Source: an uncultured Chlamydiales bacterium (GTDB taxonomy: Bacteria > Chlamydiota > Chlamydiia > Chlamydiales > Rhabdochlamydiaceae). Taken from it: 64,000 nucleotides of DNA. Every line of letters starts with the position of its first letter. Position 1 is the stretch's first letter. Location: contig OY969554.1 of assembly GCA_963700985.1 (NCBI GenBank), forward strand, positions 480,001 to 544,000. The letters run 5' to 3'. Of the stretch, positions 50,785 through 60,203 are shown one piece after another. The notes under the pieces are model-generated. The model saw only the letters and a program-made list of their open reading frames with translations. It did no database searches and was not told where the DNA came from. The translations under genes and the position numbers were made by a program.

Positions 50785-51060
50785 TTAAGCAGTTTTGCGG
50801 CGGTTGCGCAGGGAGATTTCAACGAAACGCTCTAGGAAGCCTTGAGCTTCTTCTTTAGTCTTGCACTCCTGACGTCCAATGATCTTGCTGCAGCTCTCAT
50901 CTTCATAGACGATCGCTTCCCAATGCTGACGAGGGAGATTTGCGCTATAATCGTTAACTTTCATCACCACCAGGTGTTCAAAATCTTTTAAGTAGTAATA
51001 ATCGTCATAGCGCAAATCCTGCACCCAGACGTATCCTGTTTTGTCTTTACCCTCTAACAT
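50785..51060 (-). CDS. Small hypothetical protein
   Basis: 91 aa ORF with AGGTG upstream. Confidence 0.55.
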   Translation of the reverse strand: MLEGKDKTGYVWVQDLRYDDYYYLKDFEHLVVMKVNDYSANLPRQHWEAIVYEDESCSKIIGRQECKTKEEAQGFLERFVEISLRNRRKTA

Positions 51061-51150
51061 CGTGACACCTGATTGCTGTATACTCTATTTTTAACATATC
51101 AGAAATTAAATAATTACGATATAATTATTAAAAACATTTAATTAAATATT

Positions 51151-52068
51151 ATGACAAACAACTTTAATATAGACCTGCTTAATTCAAGTGCAGCAATTAG
51201 AGGGTATTTAAATGCAGACGCTGAAATCGAACAGATCCTGCAGCAAGTTGCTCATAATAAGCCGCATCAGCTCGCCAATTGCTGGAATGTGACCTGGCTG
51301 GTGGTGACTGCCCCCTTTCGAATGATTTTGGTCATCTTTTTGAGCTGCGTGAGTTTTGTTGCAGATTGCGTGGGCTTAAGAGACCTCTCCTGCCACTGCA
51401 GCCTTATGGCTAAGCATCAAGCATCTGAAGTTAGTCTATTGTTCTGGCTACATACCTATGGATCGGACTTGATCGCGCCTCTTTTTAACCTTTACGCTTT
51501 TTCTGCACATGAAATCTATCTACAGCCAAACCTCCCTAGCACAGCACTTCAACCCGATCCAGAAATGGCTCAGGTAATGAAAGATCAAGAGCTGATTAAT
51601 TTCTGGAATAGTGGAGTATGTAGAGGGATAACCAACTGGTTTTTCGCCCTCTATTTACATACCAAAACTGAAGGCTTTGATTTAGAAGCTCACTTATGCA
51701 CAATTGCAGCCCAATTCTATCCAGGGGCTCCTAAGCAAGCTGCACTTTTACACGCGCTGCATTTCCCAGAAAACAAACTATTAAACCTTCAGAGAGATCC
51801 CATAAGCGAAGTCCTCTTTTCAGCACCGCCTGAGAAACAAGCAGAAGTTGCAGGTGCTCTTGAGGCTGGTCTCTATGAATTATTCCTGCCAAGCCATCGC
51901 CTTGCGTACATCAAAGTCGACGCTCAGCTAAGTTATTTAATCGATCCGGCAATCGGAATGATTAGAGTACGCGGTAATGATCATGCCGCGCGGGTGGCGA
52001 ATCACTGTCTTCAATATAAAAATTCTGAAGATCCAACGAACAAGATCATTTTTGTTAAAGTTTCGTAG
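51151..52068 (+). CDS. Putative YopT/C58-like cysteine protease with an N-terminal hydrophobic segment
   Basis: GVCRGI (Cys), SHRLAY (His), YLIDPAIG (Asp). Confidence 0.65.
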   Translation: MTNNFNIDLLNSSAAIRGYLNADAEIEQILQQVAHNKPHQLANCWNVTWLVVTAPFRMILVIFLSCVSFVADCVGLRDLSCHCSLMAKHQASEVSLLFWLHTYGSDLIAPLFNLYAFSAHEIYLQPNLPSTALQPDPEMAQVMKDQELINFWNSGVCRGITNWFFALYLHTKTEGFDLEAHLCTIAAQFYPGAPKQAALLHALHFPENKLLNLQRDPISEVLFSAPPEKQAEVAGALEAGLYELFLPSHRLAYIKVDAQLSYLIDPAIGMIRVRGNDHAARVANHCLQYKNSEDPTNKIIFVKVS

Positions 52069-53992
52069 ACACCCTTTTTACATTGATGAGGCCGCCAGCG
52101 AGCATCTCTTCAAGTTCACGCGCGTTCAGATTATGCTTGGCTTGGAAGGTGCGATTTTTTGTCTTGTTAAATACAGCAATCGTTGAGCCTGCTTTGATTG
52201 TCTTGCGAATATCGCGCATCTCCAAGAGATCGTTTTGATCGATCTGAGTGTAATCCTCTTCTTTATCAAAAAGGAGAGGCAAAATTCCAAAATTAATCAG
52301 ATTCTTGCGATGAATCCGTGCATAGCCTTTGGCGATTACAGCCCGCACGCCTAAAAAGCGTGGCGCGATGGCCGCATGCTCTCGGCTAGATCCTTGGCCA
52401 TAGTTTGCTCCCCCAACAAGTAATGAGCCGCTTTTTTGATATTTTAGCGCGCGCTCTGCATAGCTCTCATCGAGTTGAGAAAAAGTGAACTGCGCTATAG
52501 CTGGGATATTGCTGCGAAAAGGCAAAACTTTGGTGCCAGCTGGCAAGATCTCATCTGTCGAGACATTATCCCCCATTTTAAGCAGCACGGGGCCAGAGAT
52601 CTGATCTTCGAGTTCTGGAAAGATCGGAAGTGGCTTAACATTCGGCCCCATCTCCAATTTTGTTTTTGGATCATGTTGAGGAGCGCTTAAGGCTTCTGGA
52701 TTGAGAAGAATCTTTTCTGGCTCTTTGAATTCGGGATAGGCCATCTTTAAAGTGCGTGGATCGGTGATCACGCCTGTTAAAGCAGATGCAGCGGCTGTTT
52801 CTGGGCTACAGAGATAAACCAGATCATCTTTTGTCCCTGAGCGTCCAGGGAAATTTCGCGGAACGGTTCTAAGGCTGATTTTATGGCTTGCCGGCGCTTG
52901 TCCCATGCCGATGCACCCGTTACAGCCAGGCTGATGAATTCGGGCCCCTGCGTGCAGCAGAGCTTCTAAATGTCCCATAACGGTTAAATTCTCGAGAATC
53001 TGACGTGAGGTGGGAATGATATCCAAAGAAACACGCTCGTTTACGCGCTTTCCTTTTACAATAAGTGCGGAAATCGCAAAATCGCGCATGCCTGGATTCG
53101 CCGAAGAGCCGATCATGGTCTGATAAACTTCTTTTCCGGCAACTTGTGAAACTGGCACCACGTTTCCTGGACTACTAGGGCATGCGATGAGCGGTTCTAA
53201 TTTTGAGAGGTCGATCTCATCGTGTTCATCGTAAGTGGCATCTTTATCTGCACAGATCTCCTTCCAGTCTTTCTCGCGGCTTTGCTGTTTTAGAAAAGCG
53301 CGCGTATTTTGATCGGAGGGGAAAACACTTGTGGTCGCTCCCATCTCGGCTCCCATGTTGGCGATCACGTGGCGATCCATGGCAGTGAGATTTTCAAGGC
53401 CGGGCCCATAATATTCAATAATCCGCCCTACTCCCCCATCCACATCATGCCTTCGCAACATCTCTAAAACTACATCTTTGGCGCTAACCCAAGCTGGTAA
53501 TTTTCCGACAAGGCGCACACCTAAAATTTTGGGCATGCGCACATAAAATGGTTCACCGGCGATCGCGAGCGCTACTTCAAGACCACCCGTGCCTATCGCT
53601 AGCATTCCCATAGACCCCGCTGCACACGTATGGCTATCGGAGCCAAGCAAAGTTTTTCCAGGAATGCCAAAGTTCTCCATGTGCACAGGATGACTAACCC
53701 CATTGCCGGGCCGGCTAAACCAGATGTTGAACTTTTTGCAAGCGCTCTGCAAAAAGATATGATCATCTGCGTTCTTAAAGTCGGTTTGCAGCAAGTTATG
53801 ATCGACATATTGTGCAGAGATTTCTGTGTGTGCCTTTTGCAAATCCATCGCCTCAAGCTCCAGCATCACCATGGTGCCTGTGGCGTCTTGAGTAAGCGTT
53901 TGATCGATCTTTAGCCCGATCTCCTCCCCAATCTTCATTTTGCCAGAAACCAGATGGCTTTCGATCAATTTATGCGCAACACTTTTACCCAT
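52055..53992 (-). CDS. Aconitate hydratase (short form)
   Basis: QDATGT, DHN, GSDSHT, GCNGCIG, RNFPGRSG, STDEI, NYGQGSSREHA. Confidence 0.88.
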   Translation of the reverse strand: MGKSVAHKLIESHLVSGKMKIGEEIGLKIDQTLTQDATGTMVMLELEAMDLQKAHTEISAQYVDHNLLQTDFKNADDHIFLQSACKKFNIWFSRPGNGVSHPVHMENFGIPGKTLLGSDSHTCAAGSMGMLAIGTGGLEVALAIAGEPFYVRMPKILGVRLVGKLPAWVSAKDVVLEMLRRHDVDGGVGRIIEYYGPGLENLTAMDRHVIANMGAEMGATTSVFPSDQNTRAFLKQQSREKDWKEICADKDATYDEHDEIDLSKLEPLIACPSSPGNVVPVSQVAGKEVYQTMIGSSANPGMRDFAISALIVKGKRVNERVSLDIIPTSRQILENLTVMGHLEALLHAGARIHQPGCNGCIGMGQAPASHKISLRTVPRNFPGRSGTKDDLVYLCSPETAAASALTGVITDPRTLKMAYPEFKEPEKILLNPEALSAPQHDPKTKLEMGPNVKPLPIFPELEDQISGPVLLKMGDNVSTDEILPAGTKVLPFRSNIPAIAQFTFSQLDESYAERALKYQKSGSLLVGGANYGQGSSREHAAIAPRFLGVRAVIAKGYARIHRKNLINFGILPLLFDKEEDYTQIDQNDLLEMRDIRKTIKAGSTIAVFNKTKNRTFQAKHNLNARELEEMLAGGLINVKRVSTKL

Positions 53993-54119
53993 TAGATTTT
54001 CCTCTACTTACTTTTCCTCTATACGTTTCACGTCGGCTTTTTGGCTCGTAAAATTTCAATAGCTCCATAAATCCTCGCTGGGCACAATGCCGAGAATAAC
54101 CAAAAAAGAAGGAAAACTT

Positions 54120-55421
54120 ATGGCCAAGAGAACAAAATCTGCCCCCCCTAAGAAGAAAAGCAAAAAGTCGCCTTGGTTGGTATTTCTCGCTATCGCCCTT
54201 GGCATCGTTATAGGGCCGCTTGTAGGAACCAAAAGCGCGCTTTTTGGAATCACCTTCTATTCTCTATTCGACGTGATCGGCACTTTATTTATCCGCGCCT
54301 TGACCTTGATCGTTGTTCCCCTAGTTGCTTCTTCGATCATTAGCGGCATCGCCAGAATGGGCAGTGAGAGCACCTTCGGCCGTCTTGGGCTTAAGACCTT
54401 TGGTTTTTATATCACCACCACTTTTTTAGCTGTGCTGACTGGCATTTTGTTCGTAAATATGATTAGACCTGGCGTGGATGGGGTTTCTGAAGCGATGACC
54501 CAGCAAGCGCAGCAGTATGCTACCAGCCCAGAACATCTCGCCGCGCAAAAATTGAATTCAGCGGGTGATTTGCTCTTTCAAATCATCCCTGCAAACATAT
54601 TCGATGCCTTTTCGAAGGGCAATATGCTCGGTATTATCTTCTTTTCGCTGCTTTTTGGTTATGCGATGTCTAGAATTGATAAATACGCCGATACTTTATT
54701 AAGTTTCTGGCAGGGTGTGTTTCAGGCTATGATCCGCATTACGCATGTGATCATGAAGTTTCTACCACTTGGAGTTTTCTGTCTCGTGGCGAAAGTTTTC
54801 GCAACCACCGGCCTTGATTCTTTAAAATCGCTACTCTGGTTTTCACTCACAGTGATCCTAGCTTTGGCTTTCTTCATGTTCGTGGTGCTGCCACTGCTGC
54901 TTAAATTTGTGGGTAAAGTCAGCCCGATAAATCACTTCCGCGCCATGGCACCGGCACTCGTGACAGCTTTTTCTACTAGCTCCTCTTCGGCCTCCCTTCC
55001 AGTTACATTAGATTGCGTGGAAAAACGCGCTGGCGTGTCTAACCGGATTTCGAGCTTGGTTGTTCCCCTCGGAATCTCTCTCAACCTTGCAGGTTCGGCA
55101 CTTTATGAGTGTGTGGCGGCACTTTTCGTAGCTCAAATCTACGGAATTGAAATCTCGCTTGTTACTCAATTTATCGTCATCTCTTTGGCCTTGATTACCT
55201 CCATGGGCGTAGCTGGGATACCAGCCGGCAGCATGGTGGCCGTGATTGTCATTTTAAAGGCGTTAGGGCTTCCTGCAGAGGCAATTGGCTTATTTATTGC
55301 CGTCGATCGTCTGCTCGATATGTGCCGTACAACAGTTAACGTCTTTAGCGATAGTTGCTGTGCCGTACTGGTAGCGCGCACCGAAGGCGAGAAGAACGTC
55401 TTGGTAAAAAAGACCTTCTAA
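54120..55421 (+). CDS. Dicarboxylate/amino acid:cation symporter (GltP/DctA family)
   Basis: AFSTSSSSASLP, GVAGIP, AVDRLLDMCRTTVNVFSD. Confidence 0.92.
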   Translation: MAKRTKSAPPKKKSKKSPWLVFLAIALGIVIGPLVGTKSALFGITFYSLFDVIGTLFIRALTLIVVPLVASSIISGIARMGSESTFGRLGLKTFGFYITTTFLAVLTGILFVNMIRPGVDGVSEAMTQQAQQYATSPEHLAAQKLNSAGDLLFQIIPANIFDAFSKGNMLGIIFFSLLFGYAMSRIDKYADTLLSFWQGVFQAMIRITHVIMKFLPLGVFCLVAKVFATTGLDSLKSLLWFSLTVILALAFFMFVVLPLLLKFVGKVSPINHFRAMAPALVTAFSTSSSSASLPVTLDCVEKRAGVSNRISSLVVPLGISLNLAGSALYECVAALFVAQIYGIEISLVTQFIVISLALITSMGVAGIPAGSMVAVIVILKALGLPAEAIGLFIAVDRLLDMCRTTVNVFSDSCCAVLVARTEGEKNVLVKKTF

Positions 55422-55542
55422 TCATAAGTGCCTGACAGTCAATAAGATAAATATATAGTTATTTTATAATTATATACTTTAAATTTTATTGATAATGTTG
55501 TATAATATATTTCAACATTAACAATTAATTTAAGGTATTTAA

Positions 55543-56160
55543 ATGTCACAGATTACAAAGCCAGCCCCCTCTCTTACATTCAAAGACTTCTACCCGATTA
55601 ATAACTGGGAATTAGATAACGATAAAAACTGCCCAACTTGGCCAGTAGAAAGCCCGCTTGATCCACATAAATTTATATGGGGTTCTGTACCCACAAACGT
55701 GATAGACAAAAGTACGGGACGTTACTACCTGCATGAATCAGAATCTTGGGTGAGTTTCAAGTGTACCCTGGTTTTCTTCGTTACACTTATCGCTCAACCA
55801 TTTGGGTGTCTCTTTAATGCACTCTATAGAATCAAGAAAATCATCACAGTCGACTACCCTACCGACTCTGCATTCTTTGCGGGAAAACACCCCATGAAAG
55901 CTTTAAAAGCTGCAATGTGGTTAGACATCAAACGCATCTTATTTACTCCAGTTGCGCTTGTCTGCCTGCCTCTCTCTGCTTTGTATGGAATCGTCAGGCC
56001 CAATGATGGGAAAAAACTATATACGAGCTTCGAGCGAGCGCTTTACGGACGTCCGATCTTTGCGGCAGCCTTCGGCCTAGCTTCTAGCGATGATCGTTAT
56101 GGCCACGCAAAAAGCTTAGCCCATACACAATATCTGCGTGGAAGAATCGCGAGCGGATAA
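55543..56160 (+). CDS. Hypothetical membrane protein
   Basis: 205 aa ORF with two hydrophobic segments; TAAGG RBS. Confidence 0.65.
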   Translation: MSQITKPAPSLTFKDFYPINNWELDNDKNCPTWPVESPLDPHKFIWGSVPTNVIDKSTGRYYLHESESWVSFKCTLVFFVTLIAQPFGCLFNALYRIKKIITVDYPTDSAFFAGKHPMKALKAAMWLDIKRILFTPVALVCLPLSALYGIVRPNDGKKLYTSFERALYGRPIFAAAFGLASSDDRYGHAKSLAHTQYLRGRIASG

Positions 56161-56171
56161 AGTAAGTCTCT

Positions 56172-56247
56172 AAAAATAAACGCAAAGACACCAAGTCGCA
56201 AAGAAAACTCATCTTCTTCACGACTTGGTGTCTTTGCGTTTATTTTT
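56172..56247. repeat. Palindromic intergenic element family C, copy 1
   Basis: AAACGCAAAGACACCAAGTCG...CGACTTGGTGTCTTTGCGTTT between convergent genes. Confidence 0.85.
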
Positions 56248-57096
56248 TTAGTTAAACTTAGGAAAAACCTTATGAAAAGCCTCAGGAAGAGGCACTTCGA
56301 AGAGAAGTGGCAGCTCAGTAACTGGATGGACAAAGCCTAGCTTGCAAGCGTGCAAACAGAGCCGCGAGGCGGGATTCGTTGCCGCACCATATTTTTTGTC
56401 TCCCGCAATGGGATGCCCAGCTTCTTTGCAATGCACGCGAATCTGATTCTTCCGGCCTGTTTCAAGGCGAAAGCGCATTAAACTGTGTGTTTTGGTCTCA
56501 GCTAACACTTCATAATGCGTGACGCTCCATTTGCCTTGTTCAGGCGAAGAGGTGCTTTTCACCACATAATTATTGTCTTCTTTTAGATAACTCTCCCAAC
56601 TCCCCTTCTTCTCCTTTAAAACCCCTTCTACAATCGCGCTATATTCGCGATCAATCGTATGGTCATGAAAGAGCTTCTTGAGGCCATCTCGCGCCTTTTC
56701 GCTATACGCAAAGACCATGATGCCTGACGTTTCGCGATCTAAGCGTTGCACAGGATAAACCATACGGCCATCTGTGCGCCGTTTAAGGATCTCATGCGCG
56801 CTGATGGTTAGATCAGAGTCGGTAGCTACGCTAAGCAGCCCCTCGGGCTTATAAACCACAACCAAATGGGCATCTTCATAAAAAATACGCATATCCTGAC
56901 GAATAAAATTAGCTTTTTTGCCAATTGAGACGACCTCGTCTTTTTGTACGCGTTTATTCCCTTTTTTAACGATGCGTCCGTTCACGGTCACACGCTCTTT
57001 TTCAAGCCAAGAACGCAAGGTATTGTTCGAGCTCTCAGGAAAGTGCTGCTTTAGAAGGGCTAAAAGATCTACTGACTCAGAAACTGTAATTTGCAT
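56248..57096 (-). CDS. RluA/RluD-family pseudouridine synthase
   Basis: S4-like N-terminus, KPEGL, RLDRETSG, LETGRKNQIRVH, GDKKYG. Confidence 0.92.
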   Translation of the reverse strand: MQITVSESVDLLALLKQHFPESSNNTLRSWLEKERVTVNGRIVKKGNKRVQKDEVVSIGKKANFIRQDMRIFYEDAHLVVVYKPEGLLSVATDSDLTISAHEILKRRTDGRMVYPVQRLDRETSGIMVFAYSEKARDGLKKLFHDHTIDREYSAIVEGVLKEKKGSWESYLKEDNNYVVKSTSSPEQGKWSVTHYEVLAETKTHSLMRFRLETGRKNQIRVHCKEAGHPIAGDKKYGAATNPASRLCLHACKLGFVHPVTELPLLFEVPLPEAFHKVFPKFN

Positions 57097-57254
57097 AGGT
57101 GGAAAATATTAACATAGAAATGCACAAAAAGCCAGCTTGATCAAACCATTTAGAATCAGCAGGTTACAATAATTCAACCTACAAAATATTTTTGTAGACG
57201 AAGCTCTAGGGATTCATTTATATCTTTAGTCTTTAATTTTTGGAGGAAATTTAG

Positions 57255-57869
57255 ATGAATACCAGTCGTGAAAAAGCTAGCTATTGCATTGGTCTCGAAA
57301 CAGGCAAACAGCTGCGCGAACAGTTTAAAGAAATGGACTTAAATTTTCTGGTCACAGGCTTCCAAGATGGTTTTGGACAAGCTGAGCCAAAGCTATCTGT
57401 CGATGAGATCAAGGCTGTTCTAAATGCAATTCGCGAACAAGTTGAGGCACAGCAGAAACAGTATGTGGCAAAACTCGCTCAAGACAATAAATCTAAAAGC
57501 GAACAGTTCCTTGAGAAAAATAAAAATAGCGAAGGCGTAAGCACACTGGCCAGCGGTCTTCAATATAAAGTTCTGCAAGCCGGAACAGGCGCTACACCTA
57601 CACTTCTTGATGTGGTAACAGTGCATTACACGGGTTACTTCATCGATGGAAAAGAATTTGAAAGCACCTATCAGCGCAACAAGCCACAGACCTTCCCAGT
57701 TAATCGCGTGATTCCTGGTTGGGGCGAAGCTCTGCAGAAAATGAAAGTTGGTGACAAGTGGAGAATCTTCATTCCTTCTTATCTAGCCTATGGCGAAAGT
57801 GGATTTGGTCCAGAGATCGAGCCAAACATGGCGCTCATCTTCGACATGGAACTCCTGGGCATCAACTAA
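57255..57869 (+). CDS. FKBP-type peptidyl-prolyl isomerase (Mip/FklB-like)
   Basis: SGLQYKVL, VHYTG, VIPGWGEAL, IPSYLAYG. Confidence 0.93.
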   Translation: MNTSREKASYCIGLETGKQLREQFKEMDLNFLVTGFQDGFGQAEPKLSVDEIKAVLNAIREQVEAQQKQYVAKLAQDNKSKSEQFLEKNKNSEGVSTLASGLQYKVLQAGTGATPTLLDVVTVHYTGYFIDGKEFESTYQRNKPQTFPVNRVIPGWGEALQKMKVGDKWRIFIPSYLAYGESGFGPEIEPNMALIFDMELLGIN

Positions 57870-57887
57870 GAATTCAACATTCGGAAT

Positions 57888-57953
57888 TTAACGCAAAGGC
57901 GCCAAGCCGCAAAGAAAATTCTTCTTCTTCGCGGCTTGGCGCCTTTGCGTTAA
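57888..57953. repeat. Palindromic intergenic element family C, copy 2
   Basis: TTAACGCAAAGGCGCCAAGCCGC...GCGGCTTGGCGCCTTTGCGTTAA. Confidence 0.85.
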
Positions 57954-57969
57954 TCTTTTTCTGTTTTAT

Positions 57970-58155
57970 TAGACCTCTTGCGTAATTCCATTTGCCCGCT
58001 AAAACCACCCTTTTTCCTCTGGTTTTTATCGCATCTCCTCATCGATCCAATTTGGGGTCGCCTCGTCAATGCGACACGAGCCAGCAAGCTGGCTCTAAAA
58101 ACCAGAGAAAAAATCTTCGATTTTTTCGGACAAAGCGAATTACGCAAGAGGTCTA
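57970..58155. mobile_element. MITE-like element with 19-bp terminal inverted repeats
   Basis: TAGACCTCTTGCGTAATTC ... GAATTACGCAAGAGGTCTA; internal inverted pair CTCTGGTTTTTA / TAAAAACCAGAG. Confidence 0.75.
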
Positions 58156-58162
58156 TTTTTAC

Positions 58163-58792
58163 TCAGAGGATTTTTGGGGCGTCGCGTTTTTTCCAGTATT
58201 CTTCACCATAGTCGTAAGTTAGCTGCTCGCCCTTTTTTACCCAGTGCCGGGTAAGAAGAATCACATGCATTAACTCATTAGACAGAACGGAAACCGGCTC
58301 CAGATTCGGTGTATTGCTGTGATTGATGAAACGCGTAATATTCCCCTGCTTTTCTGCATCGATGATGAAAGGGCTTTTCTTGCCTTCGCCAATCGAATAG
58401 TCAAAACAGTAGCTGTTTTTCTTATCTGCTCGGCAGCGTTTACGCACCGTGCCCGTGTATTCCCCAATAAAAGTAAAAGGTGGAAGATCCGTTTCAGCAT
58501 ATACTCCGTAACCGATCTGCTCATCGATCCATTGAATGAGCAACTCAGGATGCCGGCCGCGTTCGATGTCATCTGCAAAAAGCACGCCTAGCCATTTCTG
58601 CTTTCTTTCGATCTCCCCTTTGCGCTGAGCTTTTTGACAAAGCTTTGTCACTTTGTCGAAGACTTTGCTCTTTGGAAATGTTAAATTGGGAAGAAACGCG
58701 AGCTGCATAGCACTTTCAAATTCTTGAAGTAAATACGTTCGGCTCTCAGAAGTATCAGCATGCAAAACCTTAATCAAATTACTCTCTGGCAA
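58163..58792 (-). CDS. SET-domain lysine methyltransferase (NUE-like)
   Basis: GYGVYA, IGEYTG, GNITRFINHS, EQLTYDYG; TTG start with GAGGAGG upstream. Confidence 0.9.
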   Translation of the reverse strand: MPESNLIKVLHADTSESRTYLLQEFESAMQLAFLPNLTFPKSKVFDKVTKLCQKAQRKGEIERKQKWLGVLFADDIERGRHPELLIQWIDEQIGYGVYAETDLPPFTFIGEYTGTVRKRCRADKKNSYCFDYSIGEGKKSPFIIDAEKQGNITRFINHSNTPNLEPVSVLSNELMHVILLTRHWVKKGEQLTYDYGEEYWKKRDAPKIL

Positions 58793-59377
58793 AGCGGCTC
58801 CTCCTCTCCAAGTCAATATTCCCTAAGTGAACTCGAGTTGCTTTTAAACTTCCACTATCTTCCGCATCTTACTTTTAATCCGGAAGAAAAGATTTTAGAA
58901 AAAGGATTAGAAAAGTGGGAAAATGGCGCGGTACTGCCCGATCACTTGTACAATGGAATTCTCTTTAAAGCCGAGATTGAACAAGCTTACATTCCCCAAG
59001 TATCTGTACGTTCATGTGAAGAGCCGGTTGGATGGGGGCTTTTTGCAGAAGAGGAGCTCCAAGAAGGAGCTTTTGTCGGAGAATATACCGGGCTTGTGCG
59101 CAAAAATGATGAGCACCATTGCCTCAATGACTATCTCTATCGCTATCCAGTCCCAGACCCCATCGGCCGAGATTATGTCATCGATGCTACGGCAGGTAAC
59201 CTGATCCGCTTTGTAAATCACAGTTCAACGCCCAACTTAAAACCGTATTATGCTTTTAAAGATGGCTATTACCATGTTATTTTGCTGAGTATTCACGCAA
59301 TTAAAAAGGGAGAGCAACTGACTTATGACTACGGACAAAATTACTGGTATGTACGCACACCTCCAAAAACTATATAA
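58760..59377 (+). CDS. SET-domain lysine methyltransferase (second paralog)
   Basis: GWGLFA, VGEYTG, GNLIRFVNHS, EQLTYDYG. Confidence 0.9.
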   Translation: MQNLNQITLWQSGSSSPSQYSLSELELLLNFHYLPHLTFNPEEKILEKGLEKWENGAVLPDHLYNGILFKAEIEQAYIPQVSVRSCEEPVGWGLFAEEELQEGAFVGEYTGLVRKNDEHHCLNDYLYRYPVPDPIGRDYVIDATAGNLIRFVNHSSTPNLKPYYAFKDGYYHVILLSIHAIKKGEQLTYDYGQNYWYVRTPPKTI

Positions 59378-60203
59378 GCCTGTAGTTTTTTTGGCGTTTT
59401 TGTTAACAGTTCCATTATTAGGAGCCGACATGCCTTTGGAACGCCGCGCATTTTTAATCGATAATAATAAGCCTACACCTGCGCTCACTGAGCTCTTGTC
59501 TCTATTAGACATACCAAGTAACAGCACGCTTCCTTCTCTTGTCCAAGCAACTCAAAAAGCCTGGTATCAACCCGGAAAAGAGCGTTGGCAGTTTGAGAAG
59601 CGCTATGTGGACAAAAAAGAACAAGCCTGGCCACTTTTAATTCAGCTTGGATGCATCGAAAAAGTCTCTGCTTCAAAAATGCACTACGAATATGCACTCC
59701 TGCTGGGTGGTTACGCGCCACGTATGCAAGAGAGAATTCAATTCCTTATTCAAGAATGGAAGCGCGGCGTGCGCTTCAATCAGCTAGTGATGCTTACCGG
59801 TGAAAGACCATTAGATCCTGAGCACGAAAAAGGCACTTCCTCTCTAAACACTGAAACCGAAATGTTTTTGTATTTATGGTCACAAGCAGATCTTCCCCAA
59901 AGTTTACGCCAAACTCCCCTGCTCATAGTCAATGCGCCGATGACAAACACCCGGCCAACAACTTTAGATACCATAAAAGAGTGGTTAAAACAGAGCCCAG
60001 CGCCCGGAAGCTGTCTGATCGTGTCTAACCAACCGTTTAACGGTTATTTTGATGCAGTTTTTCGCACCTATATGCCAACTACTTTCACCCTAGAAACAAT
60101 CGGAAATGTAGCAGACCCAGAACTTCCCTTTGCAGTCTTTCTTGACAATTTAGCGCGCTGCCTTTACCAAGAGCAGATAAGAGCAAAATATGTTGAAAAA
60201 TAG
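59349..60203 (+). CDS. Exported hypothetical protein; start uncertain
   Basis: Signal-like VVFLAFLLTVPLLG; ALLLGG, RPTTLDT, IVSNQPF suggest a Rossmann-like fold. Confidence 0.65.
   Translation: MYAHLQKLYKPVVFLAFLLTVPLLGADMPLERRAFLIDNNKPTPALTELLSLLDIPSNSTLPSLVQATQKAWYQPGKERWQFEKRYVDKKEQAWPLLIQLGCIEKVSASKMHYEYALLLGGYAPRMQERIQFLIQEWKRGVRFNQLVMLTGERPLDPEHEKGTSSLNTETEMFLYLWSQADLPQSLRQTPLLIVNAPMTNTRPTTLDTIKEWLKQSPAPGSCLIVSNQPFNGYFDAVFRTYMPTTFTLETIGNVADPELPFAVFLDNLARCLYQEQIRAKYVEK

Noticed and set aside
57950-58222. Short ORFs across the MITE, and similar ORFs at 8878-9150 and 56097-56333
   Set aside because: They run through palindromic repeats and show no protein-like features
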